A stretch of 63,383 nucleotides of DNA, counting the filler, from Octopus bimaculoides (taxonomy: Eukaryota), in the NCBI RefSeq assembly GCF_001194135.2. It is 4 parts of 3 records of this genome, joined end to end, with 100 filler letters (N's around TTAATTAATTAA, not from the genome) between each part and the next. Parts side by side here need not be neighbours in the genome. Positions count along the whole stretch, not along the records: positions 27,482 to 53,841 come from NC_068985.1; positions 53,942 to 61,855 come from NC_069001.1; positions 61,956 to 63,383 come from NC_068996.1; 1 more part is not named here. One strand, 5' to 3'. A program made the translations under genes and the position numbers. A model generated the notes under the pieces. That model ran no database searches and was not told the DNA's origin. It worked only from the letters and a program-made list of their open reading frames with translations. Of this stretch, positions 52,440-63,350 are shown piece by piece (positions within the stretch are counted from its first letter, which is position 1; each line of letters starts with the position of its first letter).

Positions 52440-54023
52440 AAAATGTGCCTAAAAAATTTACAAAATCAAAAGTATCTTCCCACTATTGTTTAACCTTTTC
52501 AAATGCAGAAAAATTCTTCATAATTTTTTGCAGCCCTTCCAGAAGAATTATTCATATTGAATTAATATTTTTGGGTTCCATATCATTATGGTAAAAGGCA
52601 GTTAGATATAAAAAAAAATTAACATGAGACAAAAATAACATATATAATCATTATTCATTAAAATGCAAAAATTTACAAAACAAAAATTGCCCTAATGTTT
52701 GAGATATGAAGTAACATTTGTTTGAATGAGTGACACCAAGTATCAACTGTATGTATGTGTGTATAATTACAGTAGAAACATTGGATGTGAATGTATGATG
52801 ATACTGAGATATAATGAGCTGTAGACATTCATATACATAAAAGTTTTTTCATATGAAGTCGTTAGAAGTTATCTGTTATAATGTATTGCTTTTATACATT
52901 ATATACAAAATTCTATAAAACAAAATACATGCCAAAATCTGGCATAAAAGAGTTAGTTGATGCAATTTATCAAATTTCATTTTATTTTTTCATAAGACAA
53001 CCTGACTGTACAGGCAATACATTTTGCAATGATTAGGCAATATATAAAAAAAATTAAGTTGACTTACAAGTACATGAATTTTCAATTGTTAAGTAAAAAC
53101 TCTTACACATACTAATATGCCTGCATTCAACTTTTTAACATTAATGCAAGTATTTCCCTTATTCTTGTATATTAAGTCAATAATAGTGAATGACCAAATT
53201 TACCTTGACCAGATTGAGTTTGAAAAATTTGAAGTCTATAATTTCCATTAGTTATATGAGCCAATGTCTACATGAGTGCTACATATAAGATATATATCTA
53301 GGAATTCAGTTATATCAACTATTGTCTATAATACGTCATTAATACAAACCATCCCTACAAGATGTTTCTGTGAAACACACAATTTATATCACAATTTATA
53401 TCTCGGTGGTTATTTTGGACTTACTGAATGATTTTTTTTTTATATATATTTCAGTGTACATTTTTATATAATCTTTTATTATATGTAGTCTTTGACTCAA
53501 CTCTCTCTTTCTATATACATATATGATTAACAACGAATTTTTGTGTGTATTCAACTTAAATTGATATTGAAAAAATTAGAATTTAAACCTTCTTTCATTT
53601 TAATGCAGACTATCTTTCAAATATTTTATTCATACATTATATACTCATTTAATATGTATCTTGGAACTATACTCATATAATATTACGTTTTTTAATACTT
53701 ATCTTGTTGAAGTAAAGAATTGAGAATTCTGATTTATTACTTTGTATAGATGGTATATTCATATTTGATACTTATATTAAAGAGTACTTGGTAAGATATC
53801 AGAGATATTTTTGGCAATATATATATATATATATATATATANNNNNNNNNNNNNNNNNNNNNNNNNNNNNNNNNNNNNNNNNNNNTTAATTAATTAANNN
53901 NNNNNNNNNNNNNNNNNNNNNNNNNNNNNNNNNNNNNNNNNGTATTCCCGAGCGTCATACTAATATATACTTTTGTTATTTACACCACCTGTCCTCGTCT
54001 GTTGTTATTATTTGTATATTCTC

Positions 54024-54061
<38 letters not shown>

Positions 54062-54202
54062 CTGTAAAAATATGTTAAACGGTCATTTTTCACAGGAATT
54101 TTCAATGGCTGGACAACTGTGTAATGACATAGTATAATGTGAAAGACAGTAACAGCAGAGAGTAAAGGAAGAGAGACAATAATGACAACAACATATTTCC
54201 AG

Positions 54203-54234
<32 letters not shown>

Positions 54235-54699
54235 TGGATAGTTGTAAAAAGTATAATGGAGATTAGAAATGAGTGCCCTGGTGGGGACAAGATTGGCGGC
54301 TAGCAGTATGGAGGAGTTAGTGAGCTGGTATGGAAGCAAGGAGGAGCACATCACAAATGACAGCAGTGGTGGTGGTGGTGGTGATGTTAGCAGAGAAGAA
54401 AATCTTTAAGAACATCAATAAAAATCTTCCATCTTGGAGAAAAACGATGTCACATCTCAAAGACAGTGAATTTCTATTGATTAAATATCAATGAGACATT
54501 TTCAACCATTTTCTACACTTTCTGTGAAAGTTAATGTTTTTCTATCAACCAGAGATTAGTTTTCATAGAAAATAAAATAAAACTTCCATATTAAAAGAAC
54601 TATACTTAATTGTCATCTACAGATTAACAAGCATCTTTGACTGTCAAACGCTTCTCGTCCAGTGTGCTAACAATTCTGAAAGCTTGCTACTTCAGCAAC

Positions 54700-54769
<70 letters not shown>

Positions 54770-54770
<1 letters not shown>

Positions 54771-55133
54771 CATCTCTGATCATGAGCAGAAGTAGTGGGG
54801 GAGCATCATAGCCATGTGTTGAGAGGAATTCTATGGGGTTTGGATAATTCACCTTTGGAAACATGGGTGTTTTGCTCAACATCCTTAAACAAACCTTATT
54901 CAGGGACCTTTTGAGCAGGACGGGCTACTCGACCTGAAGAAAATTGTAACTGGGCTCCATCTGCAAGGTCATGCGCTGTTTATCTTGATCTGAGATCACC
55001 ATGTCACGCACACATATGGTTCGTATGCATGTGCCTGGTGTACCCTTATCAGACGGGTAGTCATGATGGGTATACTGGGCCTTGTATATTTTACCCCAGT
55101 GTCACTTTGATGGCATGCACTGCTCTCTCACTC

Positions 55134-55135
<2 letters not shown>
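54770..55135 (+). mobile_element. About 365-bp non-coding interspersed element embedded in an (AAT)n array
   Basis: Flanked on both sides by (AAT)n (54695-54768 and 55135-55168); no ORF; orientation inferred. Confidence 0.5.
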
Positions 55136-55169
<34 letters not shown>

Positions 55170-55416
55170 CCTTTTTACTGTAGGCACAAGGCCTGAAATT
55201 TTGGGGGAGGGAGTAAGTCAATCACATCGACCCCAGTACTTCAGTGGTACTTAATTTATCAACCCAGAAATGATGAAAGGCAAAGTCAACCTTGGCAGAA
55301 TTTGGACTTAGAATCAAGCAACAGGCAAAATATTACTAAGCGCTCCATCCAGCATGCTAATGATTCTGCCAGCTCACCACCTTAATAATAATAATAATAA
55401 TAATAATTAATTTGTT

Positions 55417-55455
<39 letters not shown>

Positions 55456-55969
55456 GACGTGATCCATCCAACATTTTGCACAGATGATAGGAGTCATGAT
55501 GTGCAGGGATAATCGGTTGCTATTTCTAGCAGGCTGGGCAACCACATGATGGCACCTCATTCATAATTGATTGCTCTTTGTTCTTGGAACAAACGAAGCA
55601 TGAAATATATTAGCAATTTCAAAAACTACTCCTTACTTTTTTTAACTCTGGGCCTCACCCCTCATCATTCGCCACTCACCACTACTCTACCAAATCATCA
55701 CCATTCCTCCTCCATCTTTGGAAAAAATTAGTCGAATGTTTTGAAGAGAGATAAAGAAGGTTGGCCAAATTCCAACAGATTTAACTATTTATTATTTTTA
55801 TTTAAATAATTTAACATTAACGATATCTGGTTTTATTGCTGCAACAGACCGAAGCAATTCCTTACAATTGGTTTATGCAACACTGCAGAATAATGGTACC
55901 GAAAGAATGGCAATAAATGGCTATTATGGAAATGTAAAATTCTTGTTTACACGATTCTGAATAGGATAG

Positions 55970-56600
55970 TGGGACGATGGTGATGATGGTGGTGAGGATC
56001 ATGGTAATGGTGATGATGATGATAATGATGATGATGGTGGTGGTGGTGGTGGTGGTGGTTGTGATGATGATGATGATGATGGTGGTGGTGATGGTGATGA
56101 TGGTGGTGGTGGTGGTGGTGATGATATGATGATGATGATGGTGGTGGTGGTTATGATGATGATACAATGAATGATGATGTTAATGATGGTGATGATGATG
56201 GTGGTGATGACGATGGTAGTGGCATACTATGATGGCGGTGGTAGGGGTTGGGGCCATTGTGGTGGTGGTGCTGATACTGATGGTGTTTACAGTGATGATG
56301 GTTAGAACTGATGAAGGTGGGATTGACGACGGTGACTGTAACAGTGATGATGATGATGATGATTGTATTAGTTACATACAATAACAAAAAAAAAAAAAAA
56401 TTGGAAATCAATAATCGATGAGGAGGGTTTCAACTTTAGCAATAACCATCCTAGTAATGGTGGTGGCGGTGATGATGATTGTGATGACAAAGATGATTAT
56501 GGTGATGTGGGAATGACGATGAGGACAATGATGACTGTCAATGACGATTATGATGGTGGTGATGACAATAACAATGATGATGGCAGTGTATATATGTCTA
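55970..56600. repeat. (GAT/GGT)n low-complexity tract
   Basis: Mixed gatgatggtggt repeats; source of the His/Thr/Ile-rich ORFs. Confidence 0.9.
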
Positions 56601-56619
56601 CATGTGTGTGTATGTATAT

Positions 56620-56945
56620 ACTTGTGCCCGCGACATGTATAAGGACTTTCGAGCGAGATCGTTGCCAGTGCCCCTGGACTGGCTCTTGTGTGGGTGGCAC
56701 GTAAAATACACCATTTTGAGCGTGGCCGTTGCCAGTACCGCCTGACTGGCCTTTGTGCCGGTGGCACGTAAAAGCATCCACTACACTCTCGGACTGGTTG
56801 GCATTAGGAAGGGCATCCAGCTGTAGAAACTCTGCCAAATCAGATTGGAGCCTGGTGTAGCCATCTGGTTTCACCAGTCCTCAGTCAAATCGTCCAACCC
56901 ATGCTAGCATGGAAAGCGGACATTAAACGACGATGATGATGATGA
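56620..56945 (+). mobile_element. RTE-type 3' tail element with internal tandem hairpin units and (GAT)n end
   Basis: Repeated ttgccagt..gactggc..gtggcacgtaaaa units, then ...ccaacccatgctagcatggaaagcggac.ttaaacga(tga)n; also at 58450-58910, and minus copies at 30380-30690, 35830-36060 and 48270-48470. Confidence 0.75.
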
Positions 56946-57721
56946 TGATATACATATATATACATGTGTGTGTCTTTGTCTGTGTTTGTCCCCCACCACC
57001 ATCTGTTGATGTGTTTATGTCCCCGTAACTGAGCAGTTCAGCAAAAGCAACTGATAGAATGAGTACCAGGCTTAAAATAGAAATAATATACTACTGGGAT
57101 CAATTCATTCAAATAAAAATTCAATGCATTGCTCCAGTATGGCCGTGATACTAGTAATAGATAGAAGACAAATTACAGATGCAGGCATGGCTGTATGGTT
57201 AGAAGTTTGCTCTAACTTCCACATGGTTTTAGGTTCAGTCCCACCGTGTGGTACCTTGAGCAAGTATCTTCTACTATAGCCCCAGGCCTTGTGAGTGGAT
57301 CTAGTAGATAAAGCCTGAAAGAAGCCAGTTGCATGCATGCATATGTGTGTGTATGTGTGTGCATATATATGAGTGTGTTACTGTTTCTTTGTTTTTATAT
57401 CACATGGTGGTTGTAAAGAAGAGTCACCATCATACAAGCAGTGTCCTCTGTTTCCGATCTGCTGGAAAAACATGTCTGGCCACAGGGAAATATTACCTTG
57501 TTTGGAAGCAGATAAGCGTTGGCAACAGAGCATCCAGCCGTAGAAAATCTGCCTCGATAAACTCCATCCGACCCATGCAAGCAGAGAAAAGTGAACATTA
57601 AAACAATGATGATGATGATGATGATGATGAATAACAGGTTCAATACCAAGAAATGTTTCGTGCCAATGATGGACAACTGAACTGGACCATTGACCACAAA
57701 TATATTCGGTTCAGAACTTAC

Positions 57722-57775
57722 TAGTGTCATTATATCGTATTCTAACTCTGAGTAACTTTCCTGGTTTTAGTTTTC
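57722..57775 (-). CDS. Candidate 54-nt phase 1-1 exon, (G)KLKPGKLLRVRIRYNDT
   Basis: Donor ACTA|GTAAGT is consensus and the phase fits the 60322-60466 exon, but the acceptor (tgtttatgtaag) is weak. Confidence 0.3.
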
Positions 57776-58000
57776 CTTACATAAACAGTATCACTCACCA
57801 CCATCCCCACTACCACCACCACCATCATCATCATCATCATTATTATCATCAACCCCACACTTCATGGTTCAATGATTAGCAGTAACAAAAGCAGCCAACT
57901 GTAAAAACAATTGCTGCAACATATTAACAATGAAAGAAATATCTGAATCATGCAAGCAGAGAAAACTTCTTTATCTTGCTTTAAATTTCAAGCAGGCCAG

Positions 58001-58035
<35 letters not shown>

Positions 58036-58380
58036 TATATAGACACACATATATATATAGACATACATATATATATAGACACACACATAAATATGTGTAT
58101 GTTTGTGAGATGCCAGCTGCAATAGCCATGTATAAGTAGAAAGATGAATGATAATAAGCGTAAGGAAACTATTTGTATTAAAAGTTGCGTATACAATCAC
58201 ATGATGTAAACAGGTCTTTTCTTTACAGCTGTTTCGAATAATCAATGACTACTTGATATAATACTGAGGTACAATACTGAAGCAATATAGTAGCTATGCA
58301 TGTAGACAAACCAAAGTATTAACTAGCACAATTCTGGTGTTCTACATGTTGATGTGTCTGGATTCTAATGAATCCTATAG

Positions 58381-58432
<52 letters not shown>

Positions 58433-58918
58433 GAAATTGAACCAAATTTGATGACTGGCACCCGTGCCAGTGGAGCGCTAACAGCACCATCTGAGCGGGA
58501 TCATTGCCAGAGCAGCTGTCTGGCTTCCGTGCCGGTGGCATGTAAAAGGCACTGTTTGGGCGTGATCATTACCAGTGTCGCCTTACTGGCACGTAAACCA
58601 AACATTCGAGCGAGGTCATTGCCAGTGTTGCTGGACTGACTCCTGTGCAGGTGGCACATAAAAAACACCATTTGAGCGTGGTCATTGCCAGTACCGCCTG
58701 ACTGGCCCTCGTGCCTGTGGCATGTAAAAGCACCCACTACACTCTCGGAGTGGTTGGAGTTAGGAAGGACATCCAGCTGTAGAAACTCTGCCAGATCAGA
58801 TTGGAGCCTGGTGCAGCCATCTGGTTCGCCAGTCCTCAGTCAAATCGTCCAACCCATGCTAGCATGGAAAGCAGACGTTAAACGATGATGATGATGATGA
58901 TGATGATGATATATATGT

Positions 58919-58955
58919 ATTGGGTTGGTGCATAGTTATTGCAGTTTTTTTTTCA
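58919..58955 (+). mobile_element. Solo mariner TIR (Hsmar1/MADE1-like)
   Basis: TATTGGGTTGGTGCATAGTTATTGCAGTTTT resembles TTAGGTTGGTGCAAAAGTAATTGCGGTTTT. Confidence 0.55.
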
Positions 58956-59274
58956 ACAAATTTCATTCAACAATAACAATATTTAACAAAAACATCTTTA
59001 AATGACACATGACAGGCTTCTTTCAGTTTCCATCTACCAAATCCACTCAGAAGTCTGGTTGGCCCAAGGCTATAGTAGAAGACACTTGTCCAAGGTGCCA
59101 CACAGTGGGACTGAACCTGGAATTATGTGGTTGGTAAACAAGCTTATCATACAGTCAGATGTTGTGTCAATGCTTTAATAGAGAAGTGAGGAGCTAAGCA
59201 ATAATGTTCATATTTTTTCAGAGATGTGAATAGATGTGTTGTGATGTTCATTCCTTTCCCCATATATTGATAAG

Positions 59275-59659
59275 CGCAGGAGTGGCTGTGTGGTAAGTAG
59301 TTTGCTTACCAACCACATGGTTCTGGGTTCAGTCCCACTGCGTGCCACCTTGGGCAAGTGTCTTCTACTATAGCCTCGGGCTGACCAAAGCCTTGTGAGT
59401 GGATTTGGCAGACGGAAACTGAAAGAAGCCCGTCGTATATATGCATATATATATATGTATGTGTGTGTATATGTATGTGTATATGTTTGTGTGTCTGTGT
59501 TTGTCCCCCCAACATCGCTTGACAACTGATGGTGATGTGTTTATGTCCCCGTAACTTAACGGTTTGGCAAAAGAGACCGATAGAATAAGTACTAGGCTTC
59601 CAAAGAATAAGTCGACTAAAGGCGGTGCTCCAGCAGGGCTGCAGTCAAATGACTGAAAC
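59275..59659 (+). mobile_element. tRNA-SINE family A, young copy
   Basis: Complete head-body-tail with CpGs retained; partial relatives at 50320-50610, 57170-57630, 59013-59155 (minus) and 61320-61470. Confidence 0.85.
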
Positions 59660-60321
59660 NNNNNNNNNNNNNNNNNNNNNNNNNNNNNNNNNNNNNNNNN
59701 NNNNNNNNNNNNNNNNNNNNNNNNNNNNNNNNNNNNNNNNNNNNNNNNNNNNNNNNNNNNNNNNNNNNNNNNNNNNNNNNNNNNNNNNNNNNNNNNNNNN
59801 NNNNNNNNNNNNNNNNNNNNNNNNNNNNNNNNNNNNNNNNNNNNNNNNNNNNNNNNNNNNNNNNNNNNNNNNNNNNNNNNNNNNNNNNNNNNNNNNNNNN
59901 NNNNNNNNNNNNNNNNNNNNNNNNNNNNNNNNNNNNNNNNNNNNNNNNNNNNNNNNNNNNNNNNNNNNNNNNNNNNNNNNNNNNNNNNNNNNNNNNNNNN
60001 NNNNNNNNNNNNNNNNNNNNNNNNNNNNNNNNNNNNNNNNNNNNNNNNNNNNNNNNNNNNNNNNNNNNNNNNNNNNNNNNNNNNNNNNNNNNNNNNNNNN
60101 NNNNNNNNNNNNNNNNNNNNNNNNNNNNNNNNNNNNNNNNNNNNNNNNNNNNNNNNNNNNNNNNNNNNNNNNNNNNNNNNNNNNNNNNNNNNNNNNNNNN
60201 NNNNNNNNNNNNNNNNNNNNNNNNNNNNNNNNNNNNNNNNNNNNNNNNNNNNNNNNNNNNNNNNNNNNNNNNNNNNNNNNNNNNNNNNNNNNNNNNNNNN
60301 NNNNCTTAGTGTGTCTCTTAC

Positions 60322-60466
60322 CTTGTGTACATCTTCTATGGTTTTGTTGTATTGTGTTCTCTTTTATACTCTCCAAAGTATCATAGCCCCAGAATTTCTC
60401 AAACTCATCCCTTCCTCCATCAACACGGATCCTTGGAAGGTCTTTGTAGCCAATATCTTTGGCTTG
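60322..60466 (-). CDS. 145-nt internal exon of the same unidentified gene: QAKDIGYKDLPRIRVDGGRDEFEKFWGYDTLESIKENTIQQNHRRCTQ(G)
   Basis: Consensus acceptor ttttctttctgttttgcag| and donor CAAG|GTAAGA; only the phase-0 frame is stop-free; non-repetitive, protein-like composition. Confidence 0.75.
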
Positions 60467-60516
60467 CTGCAAAACAGAAAGAAAACATGACAGGAATTAG
60501 AAAACCAAAGTAAGTG

Positions 60517-60560
<44 letters not shown>

Positions 60561-60629
60561 TGTGTGTGTGCATCCATTTCTACAATAAATATTTTACCAT
60601 CAGCTTCATTGTCCGTGGTGAGTAAACAA

Positions 60630-61040
60630 ACACTTGTGTGCTCAGTGAGTGCAGACTTTACAGCATTTTATGTAAGCAATTTTGCACACAGTTGATAAGT
60701 ACAGACCTGATACTTGCTTGAGGAATGCAGACTTTGTGCCACAACAATTTTGTACTCACTTGAAGAGTACAGATCTTACAGCATTTTTTAATAAACAGTT
60801 TGGTATTCACTTGGTGAGTACATACTCTATAGCATTTTCAGTAAACAATTTTGTACTCACTTGGAAAGTACAGGCTTTAGAGCATTTTTAGTAAACAAAT
60901 TTATACACACTTGAAGAGTGCATGCCTTATAGCACTTTTAGCAAACAATTCCATACTCGCTTGAAGAGTACAGATCTTATAGCATTTTTAGTACACAATT
61001 CCGTACTCGCTTGGAGAGTACACACTTTACAGTACTTTCA
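60630..61040. repeat. About 50-bp diverged minisatellite (roughly 6-8 units)
   Basis: Units like tactcacttgaagagtacagatcttacagcatttttagtaaacaattttg recur at about 50-nt spacing (60754, 60805, 60855, 60905, 60955, 61005). Confidence 0.9.
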
Positions 61041-61563
61041 GTTCAGTACTTCAGTCCTTTTCCATCATTGGTCAACAGTATGACAGAGACAGTGACTTAA
61101 CCACCTCTGCTGTGACCGGGTTGTTTCCAGAAGCAAATGCTTAATCCCCATTACACTCACCACATCTCCAGCTATGGATACACCGTGGAGGAAAGACAAG
61201 TCAATATGCTTGCATTATCTACAGAGCTGCAGGGGATGACAGAGAGTGATTAAATATAACCATACATATCAGCCTTGGGACCCCATCCTCCTGATTTTAT
61301 GTTAGGGTTTACTCTTTTAGCCTTGCGGTAAGAAGCTTGTTGTTTAACTACATGGTTCCCGGTTCAGTTTTACTGTGTGCCACCTTGGGAAAATGTCTTC
61401 TATTATAGCTCTGGGTCAGCCAAAGCCTTGCAAGCAGATTTGGTATATAGAAACTGAAGGAAGCCCATGATGTGTATGTATATTAATCCCTACACATTTT
61501 TTTTCTCTTTCTGTTTTTGTACATTCTCTCTCCAGTTTTTTCCTCTCAACCATTTCTGATGAA

Positions 61564-61855
61564 GAGCGCAGTTCTGTGTGCCTTGGGTATGTGCTGTGGT
61601 TTGCTGTGATGCTCTTATGGTTACTGTATTGAAAGTGATTTGCGTAGGATGTGTGCAGTGCCCAGTAGTGCAATTTTCTGTATGTTATATATATTTGTAA
61701 GTCCTGGTGTTTTTGTTATGTATTTGTCTGAATATTTTTTTATTATACCTAAGGCCCCTACAATGATAGGAATTGTTTCTGTTTTTAGATTCCACATTGG
61801 AGTTACCTCTATTTCAGGTCTTTGTATTTTGAAAGTTTCTCCATTTCTTTTAGGG
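61564..61855 (-). mobile_element. Second copy of the same R4/Dong-like 3' end, opposite orientation
   Basis: Minus strand ...EIEVTPMWNLKTETIPIIVGALGIIKKYSDKYITKTPGLTNIYNIQKIALLGTAHILRKSLSIQ*; near-identical to 62305-62490. Confidence 0.9.
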
Positions 61856-61955
61856 NNNNNNNNNNNNNNNNNNNNNNNNNNNNNNNNNNNNNNNNNNNNT
61901 TAATTAATTAANNNNNNNNNNNNNNNNNNNNNNNNNNNNNNNNNNNNNNNNNNNN

Positions 61956-62530
61956 TAACTGCAGAATATGTGGCGATGCACAAGAAACAATAAATCATAT
62001 TATCTCTGGCTGCCCAGTCCTGGCTAAGAAGGAATATATTCACAGACACGACAGAGCTGGGACCTATATACACTGGAAGCTATGCCAACACTATGGAATA
62101 ACAACAGAAAAAAGATGGTATAAACACACGCCAGAAAAGGTCACGGAAAACGAGAAGGCAACCATACTCTGGGATATGCCAATACACACAGATAGAGAAA
62201 TTAAGGAAAATAGACCAGATATAGTTGTCAAAGATCATGAAGAAAAAAAATGCTTTCTAACTGATGTATCAATACCAGCAGATGACAATAATAATAATAA
62301 TAATAAGGTATAATTAAAAAAATATTCAGACAAATACATAACAAAAACACCAGGACTTACAAATATATATAACATACAGAAAATTGCACTACTGGGTACT
62401 GCACACATTCTACGCAAAACACTTTCAATACAGTAAACATAAGAGCACCACAGCAAACCACAGCATATACCCAAGGCACACTGAGCTGCGCTCGGTAGTG
62501 AAGTGAAAGCACGTTATAAAAATAAAACTA
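61956..62530 (+). mobile_element. R4/Dong-like retroelement 3' part (CCHC plus restriction-like endonuclease), internally deleted, ending in (AAT)n
   Basis: CRICGDAQETINHIISGC...RHDRAG...TILWDMPIHTDREIKENRPDIVVKD...CFLTDVSIP, stop-free; then IIKKYSDKYITKTPGLTNIYNIQKIALLGTAHILRKTLSIQ*, 3' UTR and (AAT)n. Confidence 0.9.
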
Positions 62531-62536
62531 CTGAAC

Positions 62537-62570
<34 letters not shown>

Positions 62571-62827
62571 GTTTCGAATTCTAGCACAAGGCCAGCAATT
62601 TCAGGGGAGTGGATATGTTGATTACATCAACCCCAGTGTTCAACTAGTACTTATTCTATTGGCCCTGAAAGGGATGAAAGGTGAAGTCGACCTCAGCAGA
62701 TTTTGAACTCGGAATGTAAACACAGATGAAATACTGTAAAGCATTTCACCCAAAGTGCTAACATTTCAACCAGATTGTCACCTGAAGATAGGATTTAATA
62801 CTGATGGATAATCCAGTTTTAGTTTAC

Positions 62828-63350
62828 CAGATGTTGGCATTGTAGTTTTGAACCATCTTGAGATTTATCTATTTTCTTGGATAGCATGACAAATGTAGGA
62901 ACTGATTCAGTGTTTTTGTTTACTTGTTTGTTTGATTGATTGTTTATTTGTTTGTTTTCTGCTTTGTTTTTGTTTTTTGTTTTCNNNNNNNNNNNNNNNN
63001 NNNNNNNNNNNNNNNNNNNNNNNNNNNNNNNNNNNNNNNNNNNNNNNNNNNNNNNNNNNNNNNNNNNNNNNNNNNNNNNNNNNNGTTTTGATCTTGTTAT
63101 TGTTGTTGTTGGTGGTGGTGCTGGTGTTGATGGTAGAGGTGACAGTTGTTGCTGTATTGGCGTTGTTGTTGGCGGTTGTGATGCTGGTAGGTGTTGTTGT
63201 GGCAGATGGGTGACCTTCTTGTGTACTCCTCTGACCTTCACATGAGTTACGAAGTGGCGGGAAATTTTTCTCATAATTTTTTTCGGCGTTCAGGCGTATT
63301 TGAGCAAATTGTTTGGCGATCATGCTCTTCTCTTTCTCTCCTTCCGTTGT
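62828..63350 (-). CDS. Exon of an unidentified minus-strand gene; Thr/Asn/Lys-rich low-complexity linker (TTEGEKEKSMIAKQFAQIRLNAEKNYEKNFPPLRNSCEG...[gap]...VPTFVMLSKKIDKSQDGSKLQCQHL)
   Basis: Good acceptor cctcttttgttcctttcaccacag| at 63351 and donor CTG|GTAAAC at 62827; open frames on both sides of a nominal 100-N gap (62985-63084); ends in phase 0, matching the next exon. Confidence 0.55.

Noticed and set aside
60630-61040. CRISPR-like appearance of palindromic repeats
   Set aside because: Whole 50-bp units repeat with no unique spacers; eukaryotic context and no cas genes.
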